A model generated the notes under the pieces. That model had not been told where the DNA came from, made no database searches, and was given only the letters and a program-made list of their open reading frames with translations. A stretch of DNA of 53,033 bases, the filler included, from Sphacelaria rigidula (lineage: Eukaryota), in assembly GCA_964200075.2 (NCBI GenBank). It is 4 parts of 4 records of this genome, joined end to end, with 100 filler letters (N's around TTAATTAATTAA, not from the genome) between each part and the next. Parts side by side here need not be neighbours in the genome. Positions count along the whole stretch, not along the records: positions 1 to 13,186 come from CAXNAA020003084.1; positions 13,287 to 26,470 come from CAXNAA020003085.1; 2 more parts are not named here. One strand, given 5' to 3'. Positions 1 to 13,409 of the stretch are shown here, piece after piece (the stretch's first letter is position 1; each line of letters starts with the position of its first letter). A program made the position numbers and the translations under genes.

Positions 1-1071
1 ACTCATCATACTAAAACCAAGTAATTTTCAGACGAATTATTATTTGTCCGACCCTTGAAATCGTGGGATATCAAAGTATGCTGTACAGAGGAGGCATAGC
101 ACTACGGGTGGACGCGACATCTGTACGGATTGAACGGAGTTTCTCAGAAAGTGTTGGTTTCAGCCGAAAAGGTTTGTTTGCAGCAGCTCTGTGCCATGAT
201 TCAGGGGGAGCGTCGCATGGCTCGCACGAGCACGATGGTTATTTCTCCTGCCTTGGTTGATATCGCGACACGTGGTTGTCGAGAGTACGTCACTCTATAT
301 TCGCTCGGACAGAAAGCAGTGTCGCTCCACCGTATCGCACTGAGAATCACCCGACACCCGTCCAGGTGTCGCTCCAAGCAGCAAATCTCGGTGCGTGCCA
401 GATCTTTTCATATAGTATACCCGTATAGTTTTGGTATCTCACCGACCAGACCGCCGAATTCCTCGAATGGAGTACTGTACGGTAGCTGCATGCACAGGAC
501 GTGTGCTCTAGCAAAAAAATAAAAGTTTCCTGTTAGGAACGCTAGAGCATCCACTCTGAATCTGAAACTACGTTCTGAATCTCACGACTATAGTGTTTTG
601 TCTGATTTTTTCTCGAACAGTGATCTATCTTTCTTTTTACTCGAAAATCCTAGCGTCGATTGATATTGGGAAAAGAACCAGGTCGTGCCCAGGTCACAAT
701 CCCTAATAATTGATTGATGCTATCGACCGTCCCTGATTGAACAGATACAGTTTTTCAGCTCTATAGCGCAATGAACACGAAAGAGAATCTCCCCCCATTT
801 ATATGGTGCTTTTGTAACAAAAAAGGGTAATTCATTTGTCGGTTTGGGTCACGGCTCTGCACGCGGGCTGAACGCTCAAGGTGTCTGGGCAGCATACCCA
901 ACTGACTTTTTTATACGTAGACCCCTCGAAAAAGTAGCGGGTTTGGGGTGGCAAAATCTACAAGTCAATCGGAAAAGAAGCCGAGCACAATGAGCAGCTG
1001 CGACTTCCAATACTACAATGTCTTGGGCGTAAATCTTCTGTTGACAGCACGACCAAGTAATCGAAGTTAGG

Positions 1072-1383
1072 GTGAATAAAATTATGGAAAACTCATGGTT
1101 TGGGGGCAGGTGAGAAGTGGAACCAGCATGTCCGGAATGTGTGTTTCATCGAAATTGGCGCCTTGTTGTCGTTGTCTCCACATTAAAAAACCGTTCCGAT
1201 ATATGCGCGGTACATTCGTTTTGGGCATTCGATGCGGATGCCTTCCGTGGTCACAGGCTAGCATGCAGCGCCAATTTCGGGTTTATCAAGGTACACTCAA
1301 GACTCCACCCGTAGAGGAACCTGAACAGTTTCCATGCCCGAGGGGCTCGTACGCATTGGGTCGGGGTTAAAATTAGGGTGAGG
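1072..1383 (+). repeat. Dispersed repeat ending in degenerate TTAGGG tail (copy A)
   Basis: Shares GAATAAA...ATGGTTTGGGG(G)CAGGTGAG...CCAGC..GTCC.GAA.GTGT and a terminal TCGGGG..TTA..TTAGGG with 15114-15320 on another contig. Confidence 0.6.
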
Positions 1384-2824
1384 CTTCCTGTTCATTCATT
1401 CGGAAAAATTATGGATCCTCGTGTTATTCCTCCTTGTCTTTAGCGATGGTTTCAGTTTTACCGTCATCGGGGACGTCCATCCATCACATCGAAGATTTAC
1501 GGTCATAGACCCAGGTGGCCTCGAGAATCATGACGCTCGAGGTCCGTATGCGCTGATGTTGCCCACGTGAGGCGCTTCGGGTAGACTGGAATCGGACATC
1601 AGGCGCTATCTAACCATTAATCTCATTTTCTCGTTGGTTTCGTCTTCTATTCGTCCATGCTGCCCGCCGCCGCCGGAACGGGCCTGGCTGTCTTCGCGTC
1701 TGTTGTACCTCCTTCATGTTCCATAATTACATCCTCACTTCTTTCTTGCTACTGATCACCACCTACCGCGTTGCAGTCAGCTACGCGATGCCCGGTCATA
1801 ATTCGTCTTGTTCATGCTCGTGTTAGTCAGTGTTGGTGGTGCTGCTTCTTGTAATAGCTATCCTCTTCCTTTCCTTCCTCTCTCTTAGGTCGTTGCTTGC
1901 GTCGTTTCTCTGTTTCCTTTTACCTTCATCCTCCATTATTCTGTCCTGTTTTTGATGCTCCTGGCGGACTACGTTGCTGCAATCAACTTGAAAGTCGAGA
2001 ATCAATTTGCAGATCTTCGAGGTGATGTCAATCACCACTATTGCGGGGTTGTACCTTCTCATCAATCATTTCCGACTTACGACGTACGGTAGTTCGAAGT
2101 TTCTCGTACCTGTCACGTCTAGGGCATACATGCTTTCAACCGCCCGAGAAAATAAATTGCGTGGATGCCTCTATGACGAGTCTCCGAGGCACGCAATCAT
2201 GTCAAGTCTTGAGCGTGGCGACGGATGCGAAGATGGCTGTTCAGATCATCCTCATTTTTTTCGTCGGGCTTCCCACATGTTGATATAATTCTCGTGGCCT
2301 CAGCTGTGACTTCATTCCCACGTTAAATGAACTACATGGCATGTGCCCCGTAACGTCTGAAGGACGGTGACACCTTGTGCGCTACGAAGCGTGACTGGGC
2401 GTATCAAGTCATAGTTCCGCACTCACAGAACACGATCAATGTTGCCGGAAAATGATGGAAAATTTGATGTTTCTGTTTTTTTGTTTTCCTGCTGAAAAGC
2501 CACATATCAGAAGGGGGAGAAGACACGTCGAAGCTCGCGAAGAACCGAACCAAAGCAAACGTCACACATCCATGTACGAGATTCAAAGGACGGCGCTAAA
2601 TCGCGAGGCGATGAAACCGTGGTGTAGCTCTCCGTTGTCCCACCACACAGTCGTTTCTCCTACAAACACGATTACAAGCTACTGGGCCGTCACTTTCGCA
2701 TCGTTCGGTTTGCATTGAGTCGGTCAACTCCGATAACGTTGAAGCTGACTGGATGTGGTGGCAAAGTATGCTCGCGAGGTCTTGACCAGGCCCGCTTCAG
2801 TTCAAGCTTGTTCCCGACGTCTTC

Positions 2825-4592
2825 CTAGTCCACGCCAGCCATGTTCACATCCGCGTCGGCCACGCCAGCGGATGCGGAGCCGGCCGGCTTCCCTCCGCTG
2901 CGGGTACGGTCCTTACGTTCCAGAAGCTGCTTCCGGCATTTGTCCATCTTCAGCTTGGTGATCACCACCTTGGAGGGGTGGATTCCAACATGGACCGTGT
3001 TGCCTGGTTGAATTGGCCACGCGATCAGTCCGGACAAACAGGGAAAAAAAAACGTTGACGCACAAAATTGTGGATGAACGATATCCCCATGCCCATGTTG
3101 AGGGTATATGGGCAGTCAACAGTCGGTACCGACATGACCGCTGTGGGAGCAAGTTCAAGACTCGGCAAAGGCACCCAAACACGAACGAGGTAAACAATCA
3201 TCTACATCCGCTGGCAACATGAAACCGCCACTCTAGCTCATAATACCGCCGAACCGTTTCCAAGTCCGAACCACATACACGGTATCGATCGTCTCTTCTG
3301 TCTCACGCAGAAAAACACAGATCCTCACCGTTAGCTTTCTCCCTGGTGATGCGCTCGATGTGGATGACGAACTTTCTGCGGTAACAGGTCTCGACCTTGC
3401 CCTCGCGGTTCTTGAACGCCCCCCGCACCACCATCACTTCATCCCCCTTCCTCACAGGCAATGATCTAACCTGCCCACACAACACCATGGGTCACAGGGT
3501 GGAGGAAAACGACTCGTTCACACACGGACTTGACATGAAGCAGCGCCCATGAGGGGAATTCAACACACGGGGTGTTTCCGGGTGGTGCCATGATACCCAA
3601 CCCAAGATGGGTCTTGAATCGTAAAATGAATGTATGTCAGTGGCTTTTGGCGAGGGGTCTCAGTCCATCGTAGTCTTGGATGCTCATCAGTGTCAATTCA
3701 GCATCAAAGTCTTTTTGTGTAGTATGATCATCACAGACCCATCGCCGGCATGTCAGTTATATCTCGTTCATACGTCGACGGATGTTATCCGAAAAAATCT
3801 ACACAAGGCGGAAATGATTCCCCCCGCGGATTGATTTGTTCTTTGTTCTAGACTCGAAGGGAGAAGATATCAGGGTGATGACATGGACTTCCAGAGCACG
3901 GCAACACGGAAAACTCATCACGTGAAGACACCGGAACTCGCCCGCAACACTTCATTATCGAGCCAAAAGTCGCAACAAAAGATGCTCGAGGTTGAGAAAA
4001 AAAACGAAATACGCTCAGCGCGAAAAAACTCGAGGATGGGAATTCATGAGAAAACATTAGGCACATCGCGGACTGAAAAGATGAAGCAAATGGCAGAAAA
4101 CACCTGGTACCCCCGAAAACATGCCGGTGAAAATTGGACTTGGTGACTCACGTTGTGCTTCTCAAACAAATCCTTGCTGAGGCCCGCCGACATCAGTTTG
4201 CGCCGCTCATCGGAATGGGCGCTGAAGTGCGCCTTTCGGCTCTTGCGCCGAGAAGACGGCTTGGTCGGGTTGAGCTTCACTGCAAACACATCAAAAGTAT
4301 CCGTGTTCGCGGAGAAAAAAGGGCGGGGGGATCAGGGAACGACATAGGTGGGCGTATTGCATTCAACCCTGGCCAACTCAGGAGAATGGTACGGTGAGCG
4401 TCGGGTTTCTAAAAATAACTTGATGGGATGTGAAAAAAACACTCATGTGCCATCTATTTCGAGTCCAGTTCGATTTGAGTTCCACGCGTCGGTCCACATT
4501 ACTCATCCACCGTTCATCCAATATGTCTAGGTGAATGCCCTGCTGGTCAGCCCGTGACAAAATTGCACGTCACCTCCACGTACGTGAGGCAT
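2825..4592 (-). CDS. RPL26: 60S ribosomal protein L26 (uL24), spliced gene
   Basis: Exons with GT-AG boundaries and consistent phases: 4279-4152 ([42 protein letters not shown]), 3470-3329 ([48 protein letters not shown]), 3003-2825 ([30 protein letters not shown]...stop). These are classic eukaryotic L26 motifs. The short first coding exon is uncertain; the candidate is gccATG at 4592, and exon 2 needs a phase-1 partner. Confidence 0.95.
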
Positions 4593-7500
4593 GGCTGGTA
4601 TCTGCTCCAAACAGCCGTCGTACGGTGTAGCGGGTAGCAGGAAGGTAATGGATCCGGGCTTCCAGACACACAATAGAAGGCAGGATCTGCCCGTGTAACA
4701 CGGCAACGAGTCTTGGCGTTGACGCACCCCATGATTTAGGTCATGCCTGAAGTTGCGTGTCGGAAATGAAACCCCACCTACCTGCAACCCATTATCCCGT
4801 CGGCGACTGGGTGAAACCAACACCGGAACCCCACACGCTGGAAAGGGCATTTACTTTCGTCAATCAGTCAGTGTGTTTGCATGTAGCGCACGTACAGATT
4901 TGCCAGTAGACCTAATATTGCGCCCCATGAAACGGTGGAACATCGATGATACTGGGAGCTGGTCGCATCGATCATATCAGGTATGATCAACAGATCTTTG
5001 AGGGGCGATATGGTCAAACTGCCGTGCGTCGTGAGTCCAATCGTGATGATTCAATTCATGTCCACCAGGCAGTACTGACGCTGCAAACCGCACATTCATG
5101 CCTTTCAAAAGCTGCTGTTCGAACGATCCGCCAGATGGCAGGGACATGAACCACAACGGAGATCATATTGTTACGCCTCTCATTACAGACACCCGCAACA
5201 CACGCCACGGGGCGTTATGAGCTAAGCTGAACACCTACACTTCTGCACATCCACCTCGTGCAATCGGGTCTGGCGTTCCCTGCACGATAAAGGCCCGAAG
5301 TAGCTTTACCCTCATACACCTGACGACTACACTTGTTGGGAGCTGTGGAACACGAGAACGGTCCACGACGTGCTGAAGGCGAAATTGATGAGTATCAAGG
5401 GACATCCAGGACCAGAGGGGCGAGCCATTGCTTCACTTGCGAGTCCCATTTTGGTTTCAATGCTCGATACTCTTTGGCCAACGGCATGACGACTACACTG
5501 TCTCAATGGACCGGGACGCTGAAACGCTCCAAGACGGCTAGGATGAATACGAGGGGAAGCTCGTACACGAAGCTAGTTCTGCGCCACACACGCCAGGAAA
5601 AACAAAGCGGACGTCGAGGACATTGAACCCGACGACGATTCTCGTCACCGCACCCCTTGTTCCCGAAGTCGGCAATGTTTTTCGTGGAGTGTGCGGAGTA
5701 GAGTTCCTCATGTGGGAGCTCCTATGCAATCCGTGTGACTGTGTCCAGCACAGAAGTCACCGAAGCAAGCTGGTGACGGCGGTTCACATATGTAGCAAGA
5801 AACTCTCTTAGATCGTAGTTTGCCCCTCTGCATGCCAGGGCGGAAATGGTGTATGTCAGGCGCATGAACCGCAGCGACGGATCTCGTTGCTGTGGGCCCT
5901 ACTCCTGAAATTCCCCATTTCAGCCCTGGCATGCTGTGCGCAGACCCGTTGTCTGGATTTGCTTCCGGTTACAAGGTGTAATCGGGTCAGGCTCGTGACA
6001 GTGATCACATGCATAGTACACACCAGTCGATGACAGGAAAAGCTGTGTTTAAATCAATTCGGTTCGAGATGGTACATGGAAAATTGAAATAACCGATGAT
6101 GGTTGTTCACGACTGACAAGGGACTGGAACTACCATTGTCTACGCACGCCATGGACTCATCCCAAATATCATGTCCTCGCTTCCAGTGGTGTGAGACGCA
6201 CCAACTATGCACCAGAGCACTTCAGGCACCCTTCACTGGAGTGAAAGAGGGCGGTATAGTCGACCCACGTCACCACACCTAAAAGGCGGGGATGGTGGAT
6301 GTGAGGCACATAAACCGCGGCAGCGAATTTCGTTAACGCACTTCTGTTCCTGACACCCAGCATCCTCGTTCTAGTGTACGAAACGCGACGTGTTTCATGC
6401 CCACATCTCACGTACTACGCGCAACCGTCCCTGGTGCTGGGGTCGTGTTGAGGATTCTCGATTCTGGAGCTAACGGTATAGCTGGATGAGACAGGCTGGG
6501 GTTCTCTTATGTACCACCCGTTGGCCGAGGCGAGACGTCGTTCACCTGATGCGGTGCGGTGAAAGATCGGGGTCGAGTGGGTGCAGAACCTTTGCACTGG
6601 TCGGAAAACTGAGGCCATTTACGAGCCAATACGAAAACGGAAAAAGTGGATATCCGAGGGATTTGGAACCCAGAGATGACTTTTCCCGCCCGAGTCCGCC
6701 ACCGCTTTTGTGACGGATCATACACCTGCCAGGATTTTGTTACCGTGTCCCCTTCGCTCGATTCCGAGGAGAAACTTCGAGACAGTGTACTTTTTGATGC
6801 GAGACCTACAATTCATCCAAGATTCCGGAAGTTGAGCTCCTTCTTCAACCTGAGCCATCCTGTAGGGGCCGGCGAAACTGCTGGTTACATGTAGATCCAT
6901 ATTTACGATCTCACTTTCCGCAGCTTTTTCAGGCGAGCCAACTTCGATACGGGAACCACCTTCGTTAAGCATGAGTCATTTCAGGCCTGAATGAAATAGC
7001 GCACATCGAGTCCTGGAAATGCCCTGCTATACTCATCGTGCAGTACTAGCTCACATGTGTGTTTTTTCGATAGTCGAGATTCTTTTCCTCGCCCAAGGTT
7101 GCGTTTCATTGGAATTACTCAACGCTGCTCATTCCTCTCAGAAAAATGAGCGTTAGGGCAAAGGACCTGCGGCTAGCTGAGAGACACACGGGTATGCTGG
7201 ACTGATCTCGAGTAAAAAAAGGCATTACCTCCCTAGCTCTCGTTCGGGGCATCAAGCGACGCAGAAGCTTCGAAAAAAAAACTTTCCTTTTTTTTTTCTC
7301 GCAATAAGAAACGGCGTCACTAGGTACTCATTATCCTGCATGGTCTCTCTGATTTCATCCTCAACTCGTATCCGGTTTCATCATATTGGTTCTCCGCCTC
7401 TTCTCGGCAAATGTTCGGGGTGGTCGCTGAATTCCAGTACGTCCCAAGTTCGCATCACGCATAAGTTCGTACCCTGAGGATCAGTTAGTATGCAGCAACC

Positions 7501-9237
7501 AATGTCAGACATCAGTGGTGTACACTTCCTCATATCTTCATTATGGTATCGCGTCCATGTAAAGTTGTTGTGGGCTTGATGTTGTTCGGTCTCGCTGTAC
7601 ATTTGTTGGGGTGGTCGGTCAAGCTCCCACAACGGAAGGTGTCCGCATCAGATGCGAAGTAGCAGTATGAAATACTAAGCACATATCAGAACTGTTTTAA
7701 ATGTCGATACTACGACAAAGCATACGCGGAAAGCCCACACGGATAGCTTGTGATGCTCGACGCAGAGAGCATGCTGCGCAAAACCTGACAGCGCGTGGTG
7801 ACTTGGACAGAACGCCACGAGTGGACACGTTTAATGGCTATCTCAATGCTACAGCTGCAGTTTGTACTCTAGGATGCGATTGTCGATGGTGTCGATAGGT
7901 CCAGAGGGCACACGATTATCTGATGAACAAGGCATAGCACGATGCCCGAGATTGTGTGGCATTGATGCAGCCGGCACGAGCGTAACGATGTGTCGGTATG
8001 GTCGATTTTTGAAAGAACTCAACACCCGCTCCAACATACATTGACCAAGGGTCAGGGTGCTAAAAGGCCAACACTGTGGCAGAACTGGAACGGACCAGGT
8101 TGTCCTGACCAACTCATGTCGTGTTATACCTTGTACCAGCGTTACTCGGCAATTTTCAGATCAAGACGCAGCGTGTTGTATCAAGGGCAGTTATAGTTTT
8201 GTGCTGGGTATTAGGCCAGGTGAAAGTCACCGAAGTGTGAAACTGACCGACTCTACGGTTTTGCACGTTGGACCTCTTCAATCCCACCAACAGGTGAGGG
8301 GTGCAAGGCACAAACACCAGCGACCGTCGATCGTATCACTAGCGAATCCTCAACAACAGACCACCAGTATTTGATTCAGCGTCGGCTGGATTTTGCACTA
8401 CGCACTACCCAAGACAGCACCTCGTGACCGCAGGACCCTACTATGCTGCAGTCGCGAGACATATAATCAGATGGTGCTCACGAAACTGGGTTTGATATCA
8501 TTGAGAACAGCACGTGATATTACAGATATCAAGATACAGAGATAAATGCAACATCGCCTCACCCTGATCCCCACCCCCCGGTGATTACTCACTTTTGTCT
8601 TGGCCGCGCACTAGGACCCTCCCCCTGTCCTGTGTGATCAAGCAGGCTGGTGATGGAGGCCCTACGCACCATCAAATCTGGCTGGGAAACGATTTTAGGC
8701 CATTATTTACAGATGATCTCATAACCTTTTATCGTGGTTTTATCCGTGAGTACTATCAGATGTGTTATTTTCCATGACATCTTCGTCGAAGCACGGGTAT
8801 GAGAAGTTTTGAATGGCGGAGATAATATACTAAAACGTGAATATATTAAAAGGCTCACGGCAAGCCGTACGTTCGGCCTACGCTTGAGTCCTCTGCATCT
8901 CCTGGTGCGTTTGGTGCGTCGCTTTCATCCCGCCCGCTGCCGTGGTGAACACCAGGAAAGGATTCGTACATCAGTTATACGGACATCTTTCTCATTCCTT
9001 CACCCAGGTTAGTTCCTCTTTTGATGCATGGTGCTGTCAGAGATCTCCGCCGACTCTGTTTGCCCTCATGTCCTGTGGCCGTCATGGGTGTCTTGTCGGC
9101 AGCACATTATGATGATGCTTCGACATCGGACGGCCACCTTCTGCCACATGGTTGAGTGAGGCAAATGCCGTCGAAAAATGCGAAGGTGGTCGTATGCAGC
9201 GACTATTTCTTTCCAACGCATCGGATTCCGGTGCAAT

Positions 9238-10870
9238 TCAATCGACGCTCGGTAAATGCCCTGAAGATGTACTCAAGTCCTCATCGGTTAGTCTGGAGCT
9301 CTCTTGTCTCTGCTTGAGCCTTGCATACTTCGCAGGTTTTTGAAAGACATCTCCTTCACAAAAAAACTTGAGATGACCGATTGCGCCCCGATTTACTTCA
9401 GTACATTCTGTCTCTATTGGCTGTCTGGCGAGTACGGCTTGTACTGCACAGCACACCACAACGTTTTGCCACAGAAGCAGTCGCAAATACAGGCAATGCT
9501 GTACAGTTTCGAGCTTCACGTTTCTTACATTTTTCTCCTGCACTCGACTGCACAGTCGCAAAAGAGCAAAATGACCGCACGATAGATTGAATGCGTGCTG
9601 TCGACAACTGCAGTACATTACGGTTGTGTGCACAGTAACTGAGTATGTCTCGCACGACTGTACAGCATGTGAACCTCGAATCTGAAGTACTACACACTGC
9701 ACCTCGATGACACTGGACGAGTGCTTCTCCACGAGGCGCGGAGATGAGCAAGCTTCGGTACCCTGGCCAGAACAGTCGCCGGGTTTGCCGCGCAGTGTCT
9801 CATCAACCGCATGGCATAAGACCGCGATCCCGATCGGTATATGACTGATTTTTCGTCTGAAGCAAGCAGGAAGTTCGGCTCCTTGACCGGAAGGACGACA
9901 CTGCTTTGCACCTTTATTCTGTGGCACGCGCAATAGCGCGGGGAAGGAATCGCCGCATAACCAGCCTCGCCGCAACTCAGCAGCACTGTGTACAGGACAG
10001 TGGTGGCACTGGGGCCGCATCATGAAGATTCGAAATTACTTGTACGGCGCGTATCTTCGACGTGCCATGATCCTCTCTTCGAATGGAGCTTGGCCGCCAC
10101 CGACGTCACCCTGGAAGCGAGGTCGCGATATAAATATGACGGATGATTTGGGCGTTTTTACCAGTATCCTTGCGAAAGCCTACGAGTACGTATCTGCGGT
10201 GGAGGTCGCCAATGCGATGTAGCAAAGTAGGGCCTTCACTTCCTTGACTTCGAGTGAACTCCCGCGAACAAACACGTGATTCTGACGGTCATTTTCCAGG
10301 AAAACATGATGCTGGTTCAACAGCTGAGGACTCCGAGAGTTCGAGAGTTCGCTGCTTGACCGCCTAGATGGGTTCATCTCTTGGATTGGCGTCATTTGCT
10401 CTTCGAAAAGTAGTCGTCCAAACTGTTTATTCACGCGCGGTCGAACGGCTGATGAACCGTACGAGCAATTGGCCATGAGTTCACAACACGCGCTGTTGTA
10501 CAACACTGCTGTGATCTCCAGGATACGTGGGGTCAATTACAGGTTTCACGTGAAGGAGTTCGTTGCCTCTTGAAGATCTGTTCCGACAACCGGTAAAATC
10601 AAAGGCCTCATCCATTTATCACACATGAAAAAAAAACGGTATCGCACCGCGTTGCGAGTGTCGACGTGTTTCCCCCGAGGTTATCGCTGTCAGGCAACAG
10701 CCGACTCACTGTGGTGGACTGCGCTGCGAACACGTTGCACGAGGTGGCCAAATAACGGCTGAGTGCGAACGTATACTGCGTGCCGGTTTTAGCGAGAGTA
10801 ACCAGTCTAAAGAACAATTGGGAGTGCAGGCTGGTCCGACCAAGATACATCAGACCGAAAGCGTTCAATC
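9238..10870 (-). mobile_element. Degenerate Mutator-like (MULE) transposase relic with SWIM zinc finger
   Basis: The minus-strand ORF 10023-9238 contains YSVTVHTTVMYCSCRQHAFNLSCGH (9645-9571), a Y-x-V...CxC-x8-CxH SWIM finger. Upstream, across stops and frameshifts, are MULE-like fragments (ALATSTADTYS*AF; VIFIS/D...SWHV near 10060-10140). No TIRs were identified and the boundaries are approximate. Confidence 0.55.
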
Positions 10871-11482
10871 GGTTCGTTTGCTGTCACTTTTTGCGAGAGG
10901 GCATGCGGTTGGACCAATTGACGGTTTGTGTCTTTCGTTGGTTGGTCGAGCTTGTTGGGTACGAAAACGTCATGTTATACACGCCTATCCGGTTCAATTT
11001 CAGCATCACTAAGTCGTCACAGATCACGTCCACGAGAACCACCTGAACTTTCCCTCGAAAGTGCCAATTCTTGCAATCCAACTAGAGTGGTGTTTTCCCG
11101 CTCAAGAGATGGTCAGACGAGAGTGTGCTACTTTTTGACGACTTGCGATATCTGACACAGGTTTCCCCTGTCTTGAAACATTTTTTCCATGCTTGCGGTT
11201 CAGCTTTAGGCCGAAAGAACAAACCAGAGTGCAACTAATTAAATCCTCACTGTTGTAGAGTTTACCAGACTCTTTCTCAGGTTTGATCGAGTTGCGTGCA
11301 ATTTTGTTGAGGACGTGCAGCTAACACATGAAGAATTATTTTCTTCGTAACTACCCGCGCACGGTGAGAGTCATGTCAGTGGGTTGCTCGTCCAGCATCG
11401 CCGCATAGTGTCATTATTTAATACCGTCGGTTAAACTCAATCCGCTCATTTTTTCTCCTTCTGTCGTATGCTACACGCTAGT

Positions 11483-11668
11483 ATGTCTGCCGAGGAAAGC
11501 GCCGCGCCCAGCGGTGGGTCAAGCAAGTACGACCTCACGCGCACCATCAGCAAGTATCTGGACCTTCACATGATGTTCCCTCTCTTGGACTTTGTGGTGG
11601 AGGCGGGCATGTATCCTTCCGACCAGGTGGCTCAGGCCCGTCTCGATCTCGTGGATGCTACCAACATG
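11483..11668 (+). CDS. EIF3E: Eukaryotic translation initiation factor 3 subunit E (INT6), first coding exon only
   Basis: MSAEESAAPSGGSSKYDLTRTISKYLDLHMMFPLLDFVVEAGMYPSDQVAQARLDLVDATNM matches the eIF3e N-terminus (YDLT..I..YLDxH..FPLL.F...TNMVD). It ends at donor GTGAGT (11669). The remaining exons were not found before the contig break at 13186. A pyrimidine tract plus TAG just before the ATG suggests a 5'UTR intron. Confidence 0.9.
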
Positions 11669-12364
11669 GTGAGTCAGCGGTGTACGTTTGTCTACTGCAC
11701 CGGGAGATGCGTGCTATCATCGCCCATACGCTACATACACGTCACTTCCCTGTTGAAAATCATTCACTAGCAATAGTAATCGGTTTTTGCCCCTTTTTTT
11801 TGCATAATGCGGGGACCTGCAGCGCTTTACGAAGATGCGTTGGACATCGCACCCCCTGAAAGCCATGTCCGTATAATGTCTTTTAGAGCCTCGGAAGGTC
11901 AGTAGACGACGGTAAGGAAGGAAGAAGCTAAGTCAATGGATGTCAACGAACCGTAACGCTCACGGTGTCATGTACTTCCTCTATCTTATAAGTCTGTGCC
12001 GAATTGCGCGTGAATTCGTCTGGGTACTTGCACGTTGACGTTTTACCTTTGGTTCGGTGCGTTAAAAAGGCAAAACACACACGAAGTCGACTAAAAAAAA
12101 AAAATCGAAGACCATGTTACACACTAAAATTAGGTCGAAATATGCCCATTTTGGCCCTTTTTTTGAGTTTTTCTTGAGATTTCTTGAGATATTTTGTGAT
12201 AACCACCCCAAACCTACCCCACACACACTACAAACGATGGTTACGCCCCCAAGTACCCCCCCACCTCGCCCCAAGGGCGGCGAGCTTTCAGTTGGTTGCC
12301 GCAGGGCAATTGTAGTGCAGGTTGCGCTGGCTACTCCCCGACACCAACAGACACTTTTTTTGCC

Positions 12365-12610
12365 CCGTAAGTGTCTTGGTTTAAGGGTAGGCCCCCCAAG
12401 TGTCTTCGTTTTAATGTGGGAACCCAAGTGTCTTGGTTTTAGTGTGGGTTCACTATTATACTGGTTTGAGTATGGGGGACCCGACATGGATCGTTGAGTA
12501 GAGGGGGGTTGGGTTCGGGCCCTACTGTTGTTGTTTTTGCCCCGCAAGTGTCTTGGTTTTAGTGTGGGTTCACTATTATACTGGTTTTAGTACGGGGACA
12601 CGTCATGGAT
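12365..12610. repeat. Local direct repeats (AAGTGTCTTGGTTTTAGTGTGGGTTCACTATTATACTGGTT) inside a probable non-autonomous element
   Basis: Near-identical 41-nt copies at ~12427 and ~12546, with shorter AAGTGTCTT variants at ~12369 and ~12398. Confidence 0.8.
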
Positions 12611-13186
12611 GGTTGAGTACAGGGGGGGTTAGCTCAAGGGTTGGGATATTTCTTGTGTTTTTTGGGGAGGTCAAGGTTAATTGCCCCACCCACCGCCCCC
12701 CTGGTGAGGGACAAAATATGGCCGTTTTTGGGCCGACTCAATGCTTTCCGGCCCTTCGGCCGCATTGTCGAAGCACAAGCTGAAAAAAAGAAGATGGATT
12801 TCAACCCAAAAACGCTCAAGATTTCGAAAAAAATTAGCGCCGAAGACATCGGACACCGTGAAGAGGCCGTAAAATCAATTCGGCACAGATTTATGAGACA
12901 GAGGAAGTATGAAACTAGCCGGAATGCGTTTTTTGTTTTTGCTCATAGAGATACATCCTCCCGACAAGTTGGGTGCTTCTAAAGCCTTCACATGAGCGGG
13001 TGCATGAGATGGTGTACGGATCGTGGTGAAGAGCGCGACGACTGATAATAAAATCGTGCTCAGAAACGCGTCTGAACGGAGTTCCAGTCGTTTGGGCAGG
13101 AAGATGTTCGAGGTTTTGACTGCAAACAAGGAAAGTTTCACGGTTAGGACAAATCATCACGACTCAAAATCACCAAATTCACGATT

Positions 13187-13286
13187 NNNNNNNNNNNNNN
13201 NNNNNNNNNNNNNNNNNNNNNNNNNNNNNNTTAATTAATTAANNNNNNNNNNNNNNNNNNNNNNNNNNNNNNNNNNNNNNNNNNNN
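13187..13286. other. Artificial contig linker (N44-TTAATTAATTAA-N44)
   Basis: Exactly 100 nt, with a palindromic six-frame stop linker in the centre; identical to the other two gaps. Confidence 0.98.
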
Positions 13287-13409
13287 ATGGTCATGAGTAC
13301 ACCCCCCCCCCTACCTATCTGTCGTTGTTCGTCACGCAGAGGCCTGAAATTGTCTGAAGCATATCGCAGTGGTACGTGCAACTTGTTCATGTTATGGCTA
13401 TCTATCTTC

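Noticed and set aside
11340-11850. Inverted repeats around the eIF3e exon
   Set aside because: Short matches exist (GTCCAGCATC/GATGCGTTGGAC; TCTTCGTAA/TTACGAAGA), but they overlap and are not cleanly nested, so they are not counted as support.
13231-13242. TTAATTAATTAA as a biological motif
   Set aside because: It is an assembly linker embedded in Ns, providing stops in all six frames.
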